A stretch of 64,000 bases of DNA from Macrostomum lignano (lineage: Eukaryota), in contig NIVC01001177.1 in assembly GCA_002269645.1 (NCBI GenBank), positions 124,001 to 188,000 of the forward strand, read 5' to 3'. Positions 22,801 through 36,255 of this stretch are shown piece by piece. The translations under genes and the position numbers were made by a program. The notes beneath the pieces were generated by a model, which searched no databases, had not been told where the DNA came from, and saw only the letters and a list, made by a program, of their open reading frames with translations. Every line of letters starts with the position of its first letter. The first letter of the stretch is position 1.

Positions 22801-25080
22801 GGTGTAGATTACTGAGGTAGGCCTAGGTACATGTATATGTATATCATGTACATGTATATTTAGACGATAATGTGTATTTTCCATATAAAAAATAATTCTT
22901 ACTCAATAGAGGGTGCACACCCTGTGTGCCTCCCCCTAAATCTATCACTGATTAGAATAGCCAACTTATTTTTTTATTTTTTGAAATGACTTTAAATTTT
23001 GAATAATTTAGACCAATAATCAAGACCAGGATGATAAGTGCCATGAGTCTTATCTTTGCAATAAGTCCTTAAACCAAAAATAGTAGGCCTAAGTTAAGAC
23101 TTTTTATAGACCTAAGCCTTGTATTTTAGTTTAGGCCTATTAAAATGTATTTAAAACTTTAACTTATCCCACACAATTTCAAGCATTGTTTCCTATATAC
23201 TTTCCTGCATACTTTCCTGCTTACTTTTCTGCATGATTTCCTACATAATTTCTGGCACAATTTCCTATATACTTTCTCCTGCATAATTGATATATACTTC
23301 ATATGTACAATATACCATATATACTATATATACAACACAATTTCTTATTAATATTGTGTGACAACATGTCCAAATTTGTGCAGATCATGCGGGAAATTTT
23401 GCCAGATAAGCTAAACATATCTATTTAAAAGGGAGTTTTTGTGGTGTTTAGGCCTTCTCTAGTTATTGTTAAAAATAACATTTGCTTGCTTTTAGTTTAG
23501 TTTTAGTGGTCCAATCTGAATTAGGGAATTTATTTAGGTACTTAGGGTTAGGACTTAACTTGATGTCATTTCATGAAAAGTCATTTTGGTGAGAAATTTT
23601 GGCTAGAAGTCATTTTGGCAATAAATGTTTTGGCAAAAGCTTGAACAAATATTTATTAGAGTTTTTGTTATGATCTTTAAGTACCTATGGCTATATATCT
23701 GATTATAAAAATTGGTTTTCTCAATTATTAACTTTCTCTACTTAGCCTAGGTAAAAAAACAACTTTATTCAATAAAAGACATAGGGGAAATAGCAATTTG
23801 TTCTTTTTCATTAGTATAGTGTCAAAAGGCTTTGTAAGGATTTTTTTTCATATGGGTATACATATAAATAAATATAAGCTTATATATAAGTGTAAATTTT
23901 TTTTGTACTAATCACTTAAACTCATTGCCTAAAGTTATCACCACTTTCTAAGATGAATATTTAGATTATTTAGAATTCAAATAAATTGACTAAATATTCA
24001 GTTTGAATTAAAATTAGAAAGTTGATAATCTAAATACCTAATAGTTGCATTGATGTGGGACAGATTTAGAATGAGTCAAGAGTTGAGTATTGATATTATA
24101 GCTCATAAGTAAAGGTATGAATTAGGGATAAATTCATTGTGTAGGGATAAAGTATTGTGGAATTAAGGGCTACAAAATTTGCATTTAAAGAGTTAAGAGT
24201 ATTAGAGATTGTGGGCATGTTTCTCATAAATAAGATAAAGAATTAAGGATAAAACAACATATTGTATTTTGAATAGGAAGAATATTTGAGCAGTCACATA
24301 TTATGATCAGATTAATTCTGAGGCTTAGGAGGCTTTGGGGCTTTAGAAAAGTAAAATCAAGTTTATGGAACAGATTTATAGGTGCTGACAAACTTTAGGG
24401 ATAGGGTTGGCATTTGGTCTAGGCACATTTCATTAAACAAGAAGTAAAGATACAGGCCTATTGGTTAAAGGCTAGGCCTACTAAAAGGAATAGATCTAGA
24501 TATTAAATACTTAGCCTCTAACAGTGAATATAGTTAAACATTTCTATATAGGTTTAAGCATTTCAATTCATGGCTTCACCATGTCTATATAGCAGTTTTT
24601 TTGTTAAGAAAATGGCAACAGCATAGCAATTTGCAATGAATATGGCAAGGAATTTGCTCAAAGCTATTTGAATTGCTTAAACTTTTTGTCTTTACATCAA
24701 ATTTTTATCATTATTGCTTTAAATATATTGTACTTATAAAATGAAAAATGAAAGTTACCAGCACATATTTATAATTGCTTTGATAGCCATTTATCTGGAA
24801 TGAATTCATTAAGCTATCCATTAGCACTATTGACAAGTAACTGATAAGTAATGAGGTGGGCGTATTATTGACTAATTATTGACTATTATTGAAATATTAA
24901 TGTTATTAATGAATATTAATGAATTTGAATTAGTTCAGCCATTTTTTCTAAAATCAATCACCTAGATAGATACCCACTACTGATTTTTAGTGTATAGGAT
25001 AGTTATGAAAATTTCTTTTAAGCATGACAATTGCTTGTAGGCAAATCTTGTTATATTTATTGTTAAAAAACACATTTCAG

Positions 25081-28000
25081 ATGAATGACACATGCGAAAG
25101 AATTAACACATATGGCCAAAGTAAGTCTTCATTTATTATTGGCTATGAAGGCATCCCGCAGAACCTATTGCTAAATGCTGTTACCAGTGTGGTAAGTTAT
25201 AAATTGCTTTGTCTAAAGCAGCAACAACTCTTGTTTATTAATTATGACAAAGTATAAAATTACAACTTTCTGCATCTCGTTTTTAGATTTTGATCATCAT
25301 TTTCCTGATCATTCGGAAGGTGGCATGGCGGTACAGTCAGTCTGCTCTGTTGGATACATCAGAAGAATCGTGAGTCATAATGATAAGATTTGTATTTTAT
25401 GCTCTTTAGAATATTTTTAGTACTGCTATAATCTTTTCTCTAGAATTGTCCTCAGTTTTTTAAGTTAATCTTTTGACATTCATTTTGCTTCCCAGCTACA
25501 CTGATTTCAGATCCCCAGTTGCTGGGCAACCTCCCAGAGTGTCAGTTTCTGGGTCAGCCTCCCAGATCCCCAGTTGCTGGGCCAGCCTCCCAGATCCCCA
25601 GTTGCTGGGTCAGCCTCCCAGATCCCCAGTTGCTGGGCCAGCCTCCCAGATCCTCAGTTGATGAGCCAGCCTCCCAGATCCCCAGTTGCTGGCCCAGCCT
25701 CCTAGAGTGTCAGTTGCTGGGCCAGCCTCCCAGAGTGTCAGTTGCGGGGCCAACCTCGCAGAGTGTCAGTTGCTGGGCCAACCTCCCAGATCCCCAGTTG
25801 CTGGGCCAGCCTCCCAGATCCCCAGTTGCTGGGCCAGCCTCCCAGATCCTCAGTTGATGAGCCAGCCTCCCAGATCCCCAGTTGCTGGGCCAGCCTCCCA
25901 GACCCCCAGTTGCTGGGCCAGCCTCCCAGACCCCCAGTTGCTGGGCCAGCCTCCCAGACCCCCAGTTGCTGGGCCAGCCTCCCAGACCCCCAGTTGCTGG
26001 GTCAGCTCGCAGGCCGTGCCTACTAGTAAAACCTATCTGTATAGTATCGGATCTGGTTTTTATTGAGCACACCGATTAAACTAAATGCCATTAACTGCCA
26101 CCGTCAGGGAAGGAAGTTTCAAAAGGTGAGCTAGTATGCTGTACTAAGTCTATATGTCAGTTTTATAAAAGTCAATATTTCATATTGTATTTTATTAATA
26201 AAATTCCGCTTTAAAGTTTCGTTTTGTTATTGTTTTGTTTAATTAGTCTAAAAATACAGAATTTAATATTGAATTTAGTGTAAAGCAACATTGCATGGCA
26301 TTCTTGTCCATCTTGCTATGTTCCGATTAACATCATACTTTTTAGCTCCTGATGTTGTACATGTTTAGTTGAGAAATAAAATGATTCCTAAAATAAGGAC
26401 CCGGGCCTACTAACGATATGTAGGGTAAATAATATAAATCGTAGCAAATTGAAGTTGCATAAATCATATTGCATGATAGCAAATAATAAAATTAATTTAT
26501 CCTACGTGTTACTTTCGTTGTTTGTTTGTTTGTTTGTTCATTTTTGTTTCCATTCGCATATTGATTTGTCTGCTACCCGAAACCTGAACAAAAATTTCAG
26601 CTATTTAATTAAGAAACAGCGCAACTATAATGTGTACGTTTGCAATTTGGTGTTGGCGGTATTATTATTTATTGTCTTTGAGTGTGCGCTTGCTTAACCC
26701 CGGCCAGTTGGGCGTAATTGATGAATTTAATTGTCGCCTTTATAAACCAGAATAATTGCGTCATAAAATGTGACGCCTTATCTATAGTTTAATAATAAAA
26801 GCTTTAAACTGCAATTTTTATCATCAACTTGCACTAATTACCTAAAAAAATTAAACTAGTTTAATCTGTTTAATGGCAAAGTGGTGAGAGAAATTCGCAC
26901 TAATTCTATAATTAATCCATAACTGGTGTACGTATGAGGCGTTCCTTTGTTATCACGGGAGATAAATTCGTTGGCAATTCTGTGGTCTACAATTTGTAAA
27001 GTCATTTTTCGAAGTTGCTATAATTAACACTAGACATTAAAGTATAATTCATTGTCATGTTTGCAGAAGGGGTGTGTTAATTTAGGAAAATAATTGTAGC
27101 GAAATAGATGTTATAACAGATTGTATTAAATTAGATAGTTATCAAAACCGGATAAGACAGTCATCAGGGACCAGATTAGACAGTCATTTGAGATCAAATT
27201 AGACAGGTATTAAGATCAGATTAGACAGTCATTAAAAATCTGATTAGACAGTTATTAGAGATCAGATTAGACAGTCATTTGAGATCAGATTAGACAGGTA
27301 TTAGAGATCAGATTAGACAGTCATTGAATATCAGATTGGACAGTCATTAGAGATCAGATTAGACAGTCATTTGAGATCAGATTAGACAGGTATTAGAGAT
27401 CAGGTTAGACAGTCATTTGAGATCAAATTAGACAGGTATTAAGATCAGATTAGACAGTAATTAAAAATCTGATTAGACAGTTATTAGAGATCAGATTAGA
27501 CAGTCATTTGAGATCAGATTAGACAGGTATTAGAGATCAGATTAGACAGTCATTTGAGATCAGATTAGACAGGTATTAGAGATCAGATTAGACAGTCATT
27601 TGAGATCAAATTAGACAGGTATTAAGATCAGATTAGACAGTCATTTGAGATCAAATTAGACAGGTATTAAGATCAGATTAGACAGTCATTGAAAATCAGA
27701 TTGGACAGTCATTAGAGATCAGATTAGACAGTCATTTGAGATGAGATTAGACAGTTATTAAGATCATATTAGACAGTCATTTGAGATGAGATTAGACAGG
27801 TATTAAGATCAGATTAGACAGTCATTAAAAATCAGATTAGACAGTTATTAGAGATCAGATTAAACAGTCATTAAAAATCAGATTAGACAGTTATTAGAGA
27901 TCAGATTAAACAGTCATTTGAGATGAGATTAGACAGGTATTAGAGATCAGATTAGACAGTCATTAAAAATCAGATTAGACAGTTATTAGAGATCAGATTA

Positions 28001-31000
28001 AACAGTCATTAAAAATCAGATTAGACAGTTATTAAAGATCAGATTAGACAGATATTAAAAATAAGATTAGATAGGTATTCAGATCAGATTAGACAGTCAT
28101 TTGAGACCAAATTATGCAGCTATTAAGATCAGATTAGACGTTATTAGATGTCAGATTAGACAGAAAAGAGATGACAATTAACAAAGTCAGCTAATTCTAT
28201 TCTCGTCCTTCTAAGAAAGAGCAAACAGTGGCAGTCATAGAATCGCGCGGCCACCTCTTGAGCATTCTAGAATTCTAAAAGATATCATATTAATTTTTTA
28301 ATCATCCCTTCTAGCTGGTCGCAGTTCTTCTACGGCAACCTGAAGCGGCACCATCGAGCTAGCGCGGTGGCCTCAACGCCTTCGGACGATAATCGCCCTG
28401 GCGCGCAGGGCAACGAGTCGTCTGACGCCTCCTATTCGCCCAATTTATTGCCGGAATCAATGTCGGGGGCGCCTGAGTCTGCTGGCGGCGGCGGCGGCGG
28501 TCGGGTCGGTGGCGGAGCCAGCAACCTGCAGCAGGATCCTGTGAGTGGCGATTTTTTGGAGTGGGAATTTTAAGGTAATAAATGGGACTTCAAATCAGTT
28601 TAGGGGATTATTGGGGATTTCAAATCAGTTTGGGTGATTATTGAGGATTTCAAATCAGTTTAGAAGATTAATGGAGATTCTGAATCAGATTAGCGGATTA
28701 ATGGGGATTTTAAATCATATTAGGGGATTAATGGGGATTTCAAATTTAGTTTAGAGGATTAATGGGAATTCTGAATCAGATTAGTGGATTAATGGGGATT
28801 TTAAATCATATTAGGGGATTATTGGGGACATACATGCGCAACCTCCGAAATTCGGTCGGCCATGCGACTTAGTTTTAACAAAAATGCGACGTAGTTTTTG
28901 GCCAAAAATGCGACTTGCATGAAAAAAAACCCTAAAGCAAAATTAACGCAACTTTGGGTAAACGGCAGGAGTAACAAAACTGTCTTATTACATTGAAAAT
29001 TACATTTAAAATGCCTCGTCAGCTACTTAGTACTACTACTTAGTTATTTTTTCGGGTGGGCATTTTTGCGACCTCCTTGGTTGGCCGCCAAATCGGTCGG
29101 CCGGATCGGCCGACTCGGCCGACTGTTGCACATGTATGATTGGGGATTTCAAATTTAGTTTAGGGGATTAATGGGGATTTCAAATCATATTAGGGGATTC
29201 TTGGGGATTTCAAATCAGTTTAGGGAATTAATGGGAATTCTGAACCAGTTTAGGCGATTAATTGGGATTCTAAATCAGATTTGGGGCTTTCAAATAATTT
29301 AAAGGGATTTGTGGGGATTTCAGAAACATTTCATAGAATTTTAAGGAGATTCCGAATCCGTTTAAGGGGTTTTTAGGGATTTCGAGTCAGTTTCCATTCT
29401 GACGATGATTTTATAATTTGAATTTCTACTCCCCAATTCCTCCCCCATTTCTGTTCTAAGGGCCTGTTCCGCAGCCTGAAGTCATTTATACAGCTAACAG
29501 ACGAAGACATTGGTTCAGTTGCTGGCAAAGATGCTGTGCGCTACATCAAACTGCAGCGTTACATATTCGTATTGTTGCTAGTTGTGCTAGTACTGTCCCT
29601 GTCTATCGTATTGCCGCTCAATATTCACGGAGCTTTCACTGACAAAGTGGGCGATTTCTCTCGAACTACTATTAGTAATATTAAAGGCGAATCGTTTTCG
29701 CTATGGGTTCATGGCGTGTTATCGGCTGGTTATATGCTATTGGCTGCTCTGTTCATGTGTCACTACAGTCGGCACGTGGTGTCCTACGATGCTTATAGCG
29801 TGAATCCCAACTGCCTGATGGTCAAGGGCGTGCCAGAGCGGCTGCTAGATGAAGCTGTTATTATGGGCCACTTTCGGTGAGTGCTGCTGTCTGGGTGGGG
29901 TGGGGCGGGGCTAGGTTGTTAGTCACTCTGTGTGTTCTGGGTCTGTCATGTTATTCTGTCAATGTGCTGTCTAGGTGTGCTATGTCTGCGAAGTCATCGT
30001 GTGTTCTATGTCTGTAAAGTCGTGTTCTATGTCTGTAAAGGCATGTGTTCTGTGTCTGTAAAGCCATGTGTTTTATGTCTATAAAGTTGTGTTTTATGTC
30101 TGTAAAGCCATGTGTTTTATGTCTGTAAAGTCATGTGTTCTATGTCTGTAAAGGCATGTGTTCTGTGTCTGTAAAGCCATGTGTTTTATGTCTGTAAAGT
30201 CATGTGTTTTATGTCTGTAAAGTCATGTGTTCTATGTCTGTAAAGGCATGTGTTCTATGTCTGTAAAGTCGTGTTCTATGTCTGTAAAGTCGTGTTCTAT
30301 GTCTGTAAAGTCGTGTTCTATGTCTGTAAAGTCATGTGTTCTGTGTCTGTAAAGTCGTGTTCTATGTCTGTAAAGGCATGTGTTTTATGTCTATAAAGTC
30401 ATGTGTTTTATGTCTATAAAGTCATGTGTTTTATGTCTGTAAAGTCATGTGTTCTATGTTTGTAAAGGCATGTGTTCTGTGTCTGTAAAGCCATGTGTTT
30501 TATGTCTATAAAGTCATGTGTTTTATGTCTGTAAAGCCATGTGTTTTATGTCTGTAAAGTCATGTGTTCTATGTCTGTAAAGGCATGTGTTCTATGTCTG
30601 TAAAGGCATGTGTTCTATGTCTGTAAAGGCATGTGTTCTGTCTTATTTCACGTGCTCTATGTCTTTAAAGTCAAGGGCTCTATGTCTTATTTCATGTGCT
30701 CTGTGTGTGAAGTCATTTGTTTTATGTCTGATTTCATGTATTCTATGTCGATTTTCATTCTATGCAACCTCTGACTTTCTGACCACAAAATGCGCATTAT
30801 AAAGCCATTATCTTATACATTCTGTGAGGCTCTCTGTTCTGTCAGTGATGTACCAAACTCAACTGAGAAAGGTAGCACTATTATCTATGTCAGAGGTATC
30901 TATATCATATTGTTTATTGTTTCAATAATTTTTACAGCGAAGCCTATCCTAACGTACTGGTTGAGAAGGTCAACTTTGTTTATGATACAGCTAAACTGCA

Positions 31001-34000
31001 GAAACTGCACGATGAAAGGTAAAAAAAGAGATTAAATTTTAATATTTCTACTAGTAGTAGAAATACGAGAAAATCGTAATAACTTAAGTAAAATATACGG
31101 AAAAATGTTAGAATCACGCATTTTATAAAAAATAAACAATTTTTTGCCTAATCCAGCATATTCATATCTGCCGTGCTGCAACTCTGCCGAGAAGAAGCCG
31201 AAGCTGCAGCGGACGCAGCGGCAGCCACCGGTGCAGCCTCCTCATCCACCACTCCGATAGCTGAACCGCCGCAGGTGTCCGTAACTAAGTGCCGTTGCAC
31301 TTGGCTGTGCGGCGGCTGCTGCTGCGGCACCGAGGATGCCGTCACTTACTACGCTGATAGATTGGAGAATATCAGCAAGAGACTGACGCATGAGGCTGAG
31401 GTGAGTGCTAGCGGTAGTAGTAGTAGTATCTTTAGTAATAGTAGTATATGTAGTAGTAGCAGTACTAATAGTAGTAGTAGCAGTAGTAGTAGTAAGTAGC
31501 AGTAGTAGTATCTGTAGTTATAGTAGTATTAGTAGTAGTAGCAGTAGTAATAGTAGTAGTAGTAGTAGTAGTAGCGGTGGTAGTAGTAGTTGTAGTAGTA
31601 GTAGCAGTAGTAATAGTAGTAGCAGTAGTAGTAGCAAGTTGGATCTAAATCTGTTTTATCTGTATTAGTATAGGTATTGATAGTAGTAGTAATCGTAGTA
31701 CATAAAGCTATTAATACTAATTATTACTAACTAAACCGACTTGCCAACCGCAGGTCTCCAAGAGCCGCAAACTGCCATTCATATTCGTTGAATTTGCCAC
31801 GCCAACCGATGCCAGTCACGTGCTGTCGGATTACCAACGTGCCCAGGGCCACCTGTGCGGCCTGCTGCCATTCAATAGGCGTGGCCCGGCACGCAGCGTC
31901 CACTCCGAGGTGTTGCAGACCGACTCGTGGACGGTGGGTTTGATCGATTGTTGCCCTGGCCTAGCTACTAGCTAGGATGGACCTACCTGTCCATCACTGA
32001 TAACCTACCCATCTATCAAAGATAACCTACCCATCTATCAATGATAACCTACCCATCTATCAATGATAACCTACCCATCTATCAATGATAACCTACCCAT
32101 CTATCAATGATAACCTACCTGTCCATCAGTGATATCCTACCCATCTATCAACGATAACCTACCTGTCCATCAACGATAACCTACCTGTCCATCAGTGATA
32201 ACCGACCTGTCTATCAGCGACAACCTACCCATCTATCAACGATAACCTACCTGTCCATCAATGATAACCTACCTGCTCATCAATGATAACCTACCTGTCC
32301 ATCAATGATAACCTACCTGTCCATCAATGATAACCTATCCGTCTATCAATGATAACCTACCTGTCCATTATTGGTAACCTACCTGTCCATCAATAATCAC
32401 TGTCTGTCAATTTTTACAATCCAAATGTTTAACAAGCTAAAGGAACCTGGTTCGATTCCGTGCTCACGTGACCACATTAATTTGCTTTTCCATGGGGAGG
32501 ACCAATCCCCAACTCCAAAGGCGGAACTGCCTAACTAACAACCCTTTTTGGCACCCCAATTTTAAGGTTGAATACGCGCCCTACCCTGAAGATCTGAACT
32601 GGCACAATCTGAGCCATGCGGCCAGCCTGGTGTGGTATCTGCGAGCCGCCATGATCAATACTGGCCTAGTGCTGTTGCTGTTCTTCTTCACTACGCCGGT
32701 TTATTTCATGACTATGCTCAAGCTGAATCGGATTAATGATGCCGTGAGTTAAAATGGGAAAATATCAATTGTAATTAGATTAGTGCGCAATAGCCAGTAC
32801 TTGCGCGCTTGTGCAAAATGTCTGTCTGTCTGTCTGTACTTGCGCGCTTGTGTAATTGTCTGTCTGTCTGTATTTACGCGCTTGTGTAAATGTCTATCTG
32901 TGTACTTGCGCGCTTGTGTAATTGTCTGTCTGTCTGTATTTACGCGCTTGTGTAAATGTCTATCTGTGTACTTGCGCGCTTGTGTAATTGTCTGTCTGTG
33001 TACTTGCGCGCTTGTGTAATTGTCTGTCTGTCTGTATTTACGCGCTTGTGTAAATGTCTATCTGTGTACTTACGCGCTTGTGCAAAATGTCTGTCTGTGT
33101 AGTGTACTTGCGCGCTTGTGTAATTGTCTGTCTGTGTACTTGCGCGCTTGTGTAATTGTCTGTCTGTCTGTACTTACGCGCTTGTGCAAAATGTCTGTCT
33201 GTGTAGTGTACTTGCGCGCTTGTGTAATTGTCTGTCTGTGTACTTGCGCGCTTGTGTAATTGTCTGTCTGTCTGTACTTACGCGCTTGTGTAAAATGTCT
33301 GTCTGTGTAGTGTACTTGCGCGCTTGTGTAAATGTCTGGCTGTGTACTTGCCCGCTTTTTGCAAATATCTGCTTGTTTAGTAACAGACAAATTTACAAAA
33401 TATTCTAGTATAATTGTTATTATTCATATTTGAAAACACAATTTCAGTTCCAACGCAACGTAGCCACCCAGTTTCTGCCAACCCTGTTTCTGTGGTTCTT
33501 CTCAGCCATACTGCCGCTAATAGTCTACTATTCAGACCTATTTATTCAGCACTGGACAAAGTCCACTGAGCACTATGCTATTATGATCAAGTGCACTCTG
33601 TTCCAACTGCTCATGGTGCTCATTCTGCCCAGTTTCGGCCTGTCCCGAGCGGACGAATTCTTTAAATGGATATTCAGTTTGAATTCGAACGATTCTGCGT
33701 TCCGATTGCGCTGGCACTGCGTGTTTGTCTCCGAGAATGCGTCATTCTTTGTTAATTACGTCATCACTACGGCAATGATAGGGTGTTGCGCAGATCTGTT
33801 ACGCTTCTCCGAGCTTATTAACTACGCTTTTCATTGGTTCAGCGCTAGATCGAGTGCTGAAGCGAAGCTGGCTTATAAGAAAGTTCAATGGGAGAATCAG
33901 TACGGCTTCAACCTGTCCTGGATGCTTTGCATATTTGGCATTGTAATGACTTACGCTAATGTGGCCCCGCTAATACTCGTGTTCGGTGAGTCACGGAAAG

Positions 34001-35739
34001 ATAGCGGCAACATAGAGGGTAGAAAGCGGATTAACAGTGGGTAGGGAGTGGATTAACAGGGGGTAGGGAGCGAATTAACAGGCGGTATGGAGCGGATTAA
34101 CAGAGGGTAGGAAGCGGATTAGCTTTGGATAGGGAGCGGATTAACAGGGGGTAGGGAGCGGATTAGCTTTGGATACGTAACGGATTAACAGGGGGTAGGG
34201 AGCGGATTATCAGTGGGTAGGGAGTGGATTAACAGGGGGTAGGGAGCGGATTAGCTTTGGATAGGGAGCGGATTAACAGGGGGGGTAGGGAGCGGATTAT
34301 CAGTGGGTAGGGAGTGGATTAACAGGGGGTAGGGAGCGGATAGAACTGGGGAGGGAGCGGATAGAACTGGGGAGAGAGCGGATAGAACTGGGGAGAGAGC
34401 GGATAGAACTGGGGAGAGAGCGGATAGAGCTGGGGAGGGAGAGGATGGACCTTAAGGAGAACAGATGAATAAAGTATTTATTAAACCGCTGTAATCTGAG
34501 AGCAGGGAGATGAATATGGTTAGTATTTGAATAAGAATATCTGTCGCAATGAAATAAACGGAATCTATCTCCATGTCAATCCCAGGTATCCTGTACATGA
34601 TCATGAAAATGATAGTAGACCGCTACAATATTCACTACGTCTATCTGCCATCGATAATGGACCGCGACGTGCACAGGCTGTCCCAGTCTCTTGTACTGGT
34701 CTGCGTATTCCTTGGCGAAATATTTATTGTGGGTTTCTTTCTAATTCGAATTCCTGGGATGTCCGACGCTCGCACAGTGTTCATGTTTGTGGCGGTTATT
34801 ATCAGTTTGGCTTACATTTTCGGCAGGCTGATGGTGCACATGCTTAGGAAGGCTGGCTGTTTTGGAGAACAGGTGAGTGGGGGGCTTTCCATTGATGTTT
34901 TTTTCGTGGCATCGTTACTCTAGGATTGAGATGAGTGGTTGCTATGGTAACCAGAACCTAGGTTTGTGGTTGCTATGGTAACTAGAATCTAGCGGTATGT
35001 GTTTGCTATGTTAAATGGAATCTAGAGGTTCCTGTGGTTGCTATGGGTACTAGAGTATAGAGGTTTGTGGTTGCTATGGTGACTAGAATATAGAGGTTTA
35101 CTGTTGCTATGGTAACTAGAATATAGAGGATTATTGTTGCTATGCTATGGTGACTATAATATAGAGGTTTATTGTTGCTATGGTAACTAGAATATAGAGG
35201 TTTATTGTTGCTATGGTGACTAGAATATGGAGGATTATTGTTGCTATGCTATGGTGACTATAATACAGAGGTTTATTGTTGCTATGGTAACTAGAATATA
35301 GAGGTTTATTGTTGATATGGTGACTAGAATATAGATGTTTATTGTTGCTATGGTAACTAGAATATAGAGCTTTATTGTTGCTATGGGAACTAGAGTGTAG
35401 GAATGTTTGGTAACTATGGCAAATAGAATCTAGATACGCGTGGTTGCTATAGTAACTAGAACCTAGAGATGCGTGGTTGATATGGCAATTAGAATTGAAA
35501 GATGTCTAGTTGCTTTGGTAACTAGGATCTAGAAATGTTTGGTTGCTATGGAAACTACAAGATAAAGATACGCGGTTACTAATGCCATCAAACAGCCTAT
35601 CAATCCCACTTCCCCAAATTTCAACCAGAGCTTCGATCTGGGCTGCTTAGAGAACTGCGACAAAACGCCTTACCTACCGAAAGTGCTGCTGAGACCGCCT
35701 GGTGGCAGCAGGAGTTCGGGACTTCCCGCCGAGCATTAG
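25081..35739 (+). CDS. TMEM63: TMEM63/OSCA (CSC1-like) mechanosensitive channel, join(25081..25191,25287..25369,28315..28540,29461..29876,30938..31018,31157..31400,31754..31933,32567..32743,33448..33985,34586..34872,35629..35739), 817 aa
   Basis: All ten introns are GT-AG and phase-compatible, totalling 2454 nt. Motifs GIPQNLLLN, RKVAWRY, GKDAVRY..LQRY, EAYP, AP.PEDLNWHNL, QFLPTL, VDRYNI..Y. Confidence 0.95.
25508..26005 (+). repeat. 28-bp minisatellite (cctcccagatccccagttgctgggccag)n, locus 1
   Basis: About 18 units in TMEM63 intron 2. Confidence 0.95.
27160..28150. repeat. 23-bp minisatellite (gagatcagattagacagtcattt)n
   Basis: About 43 units in TMEM63 intron 2. Confidence 0.95.
28575..29400. 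repeat. About 30-bp degenerate repeat (gggatttcaaatcagtttaggggattaatg), interrupted by a MITE
   Basis: Tandem units in TMEM63 intron 3. Confidence 0.85.
28829..29138. mobile_element. hAT-type MITE, 310 bp, young copy
   Basis: 14-bp TIR CATACATGCGCAAC / GTTGCACATGTATG (13/14), perfect 8-bp TSD ATTGGGGA (28821-28828 and 29139-29146), subterminal CGGCC repeats. Confidence 0.9.
29990..30625. repeat. 23-bp minisatellite (tgtctgtaaagtcatgtgttcta)n
   Basis: About 28 units in TMEM63 intron 4. Confidence 0.95.
31410..31636. repeat. (AGT/AGC)n microsatellite
   Basis: Fills most of TMEM63 intron 6. Confidence 0.95.
31985..32390. repeat. 22-bp minisatellite (tgataacctacctgtccatcaa)n
   Basis: About 18 units in TMEM63 intron 7. 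Confidence 0.95.
32795..33350. repeat. About 32-bp minisatellite (tacttgcgcgcttgtgtaattgtctgtctgtg)n
   Basis: About 16 units in TMEM63 intron 8; CpGs are intact. Confidence 0.95.
34025..34440. repeat. G-rich 21-22-bp minisatellite (gggtagggagcggattaacagg)n
   Basis: About 19 units in TMEM63 intron 9. Confidence 0.9.
34935..35580. repeat. About 33-bp tandem repeat whose core is an RFX X-box (GTTGCTATGGTAAC)
   Basis: About 19 units in TMEM63 intron 10; six carry the exact 14-mer. Confidence 0.9.
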
Positions 35740-36255
35740 TCTATTAGTCTAATTAGTCTTGGCTTGGGCGTCAATTTGTCATTTTTAAAATCGAACTTCG
35801 GTTTCTTTCGTTTCTTACGACTTTTAAGCTTTATAATCTGCTTACGTCAGGGATGTGGATCGTATATTTTGAATTTGGATCTTTCACAAAAATTCAAGCT
35901 ACGAAGTATTCATTCTCTGTTGTATGTGTGTGCGTCATTTATCTGTTGTGATCGTTTCTCTATTTTAAGATTTCATTTATTGATTTATGTTAATTTGTTT
36001 ACTACGGTCCAATTGCAAAGGTGAAAGATTTTCTTTCTGTTATATTCTACTTGATTTATAGACCACACTTGTTAAGATCTAACTAAAGATATTGACCTCA
36101 TTCATTGCAGGATGTACAGTCTATAATAGTCGTGTAGTCTTTGTAGATATGCTTCTTTGTCTTCTGTATGTTTTGTTTATATAATAAGTGCATGATGACT
36201 CGTGTATCTTGCTGGCTGAATTTGCGTATTTAAATCTACGCGTGTACCTGTATAG

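Noticed and set aside
28575-29400. Interstitial telomeric repeat
   Set aside because: TTAGGG occurs only as isolated words in a 30-bp unit, never in tandem.
32449-32480. Second Pol III B-box (GGTTCGATTCC)
   Set aside because: No A-box or cloverleaf upstream; too little support.
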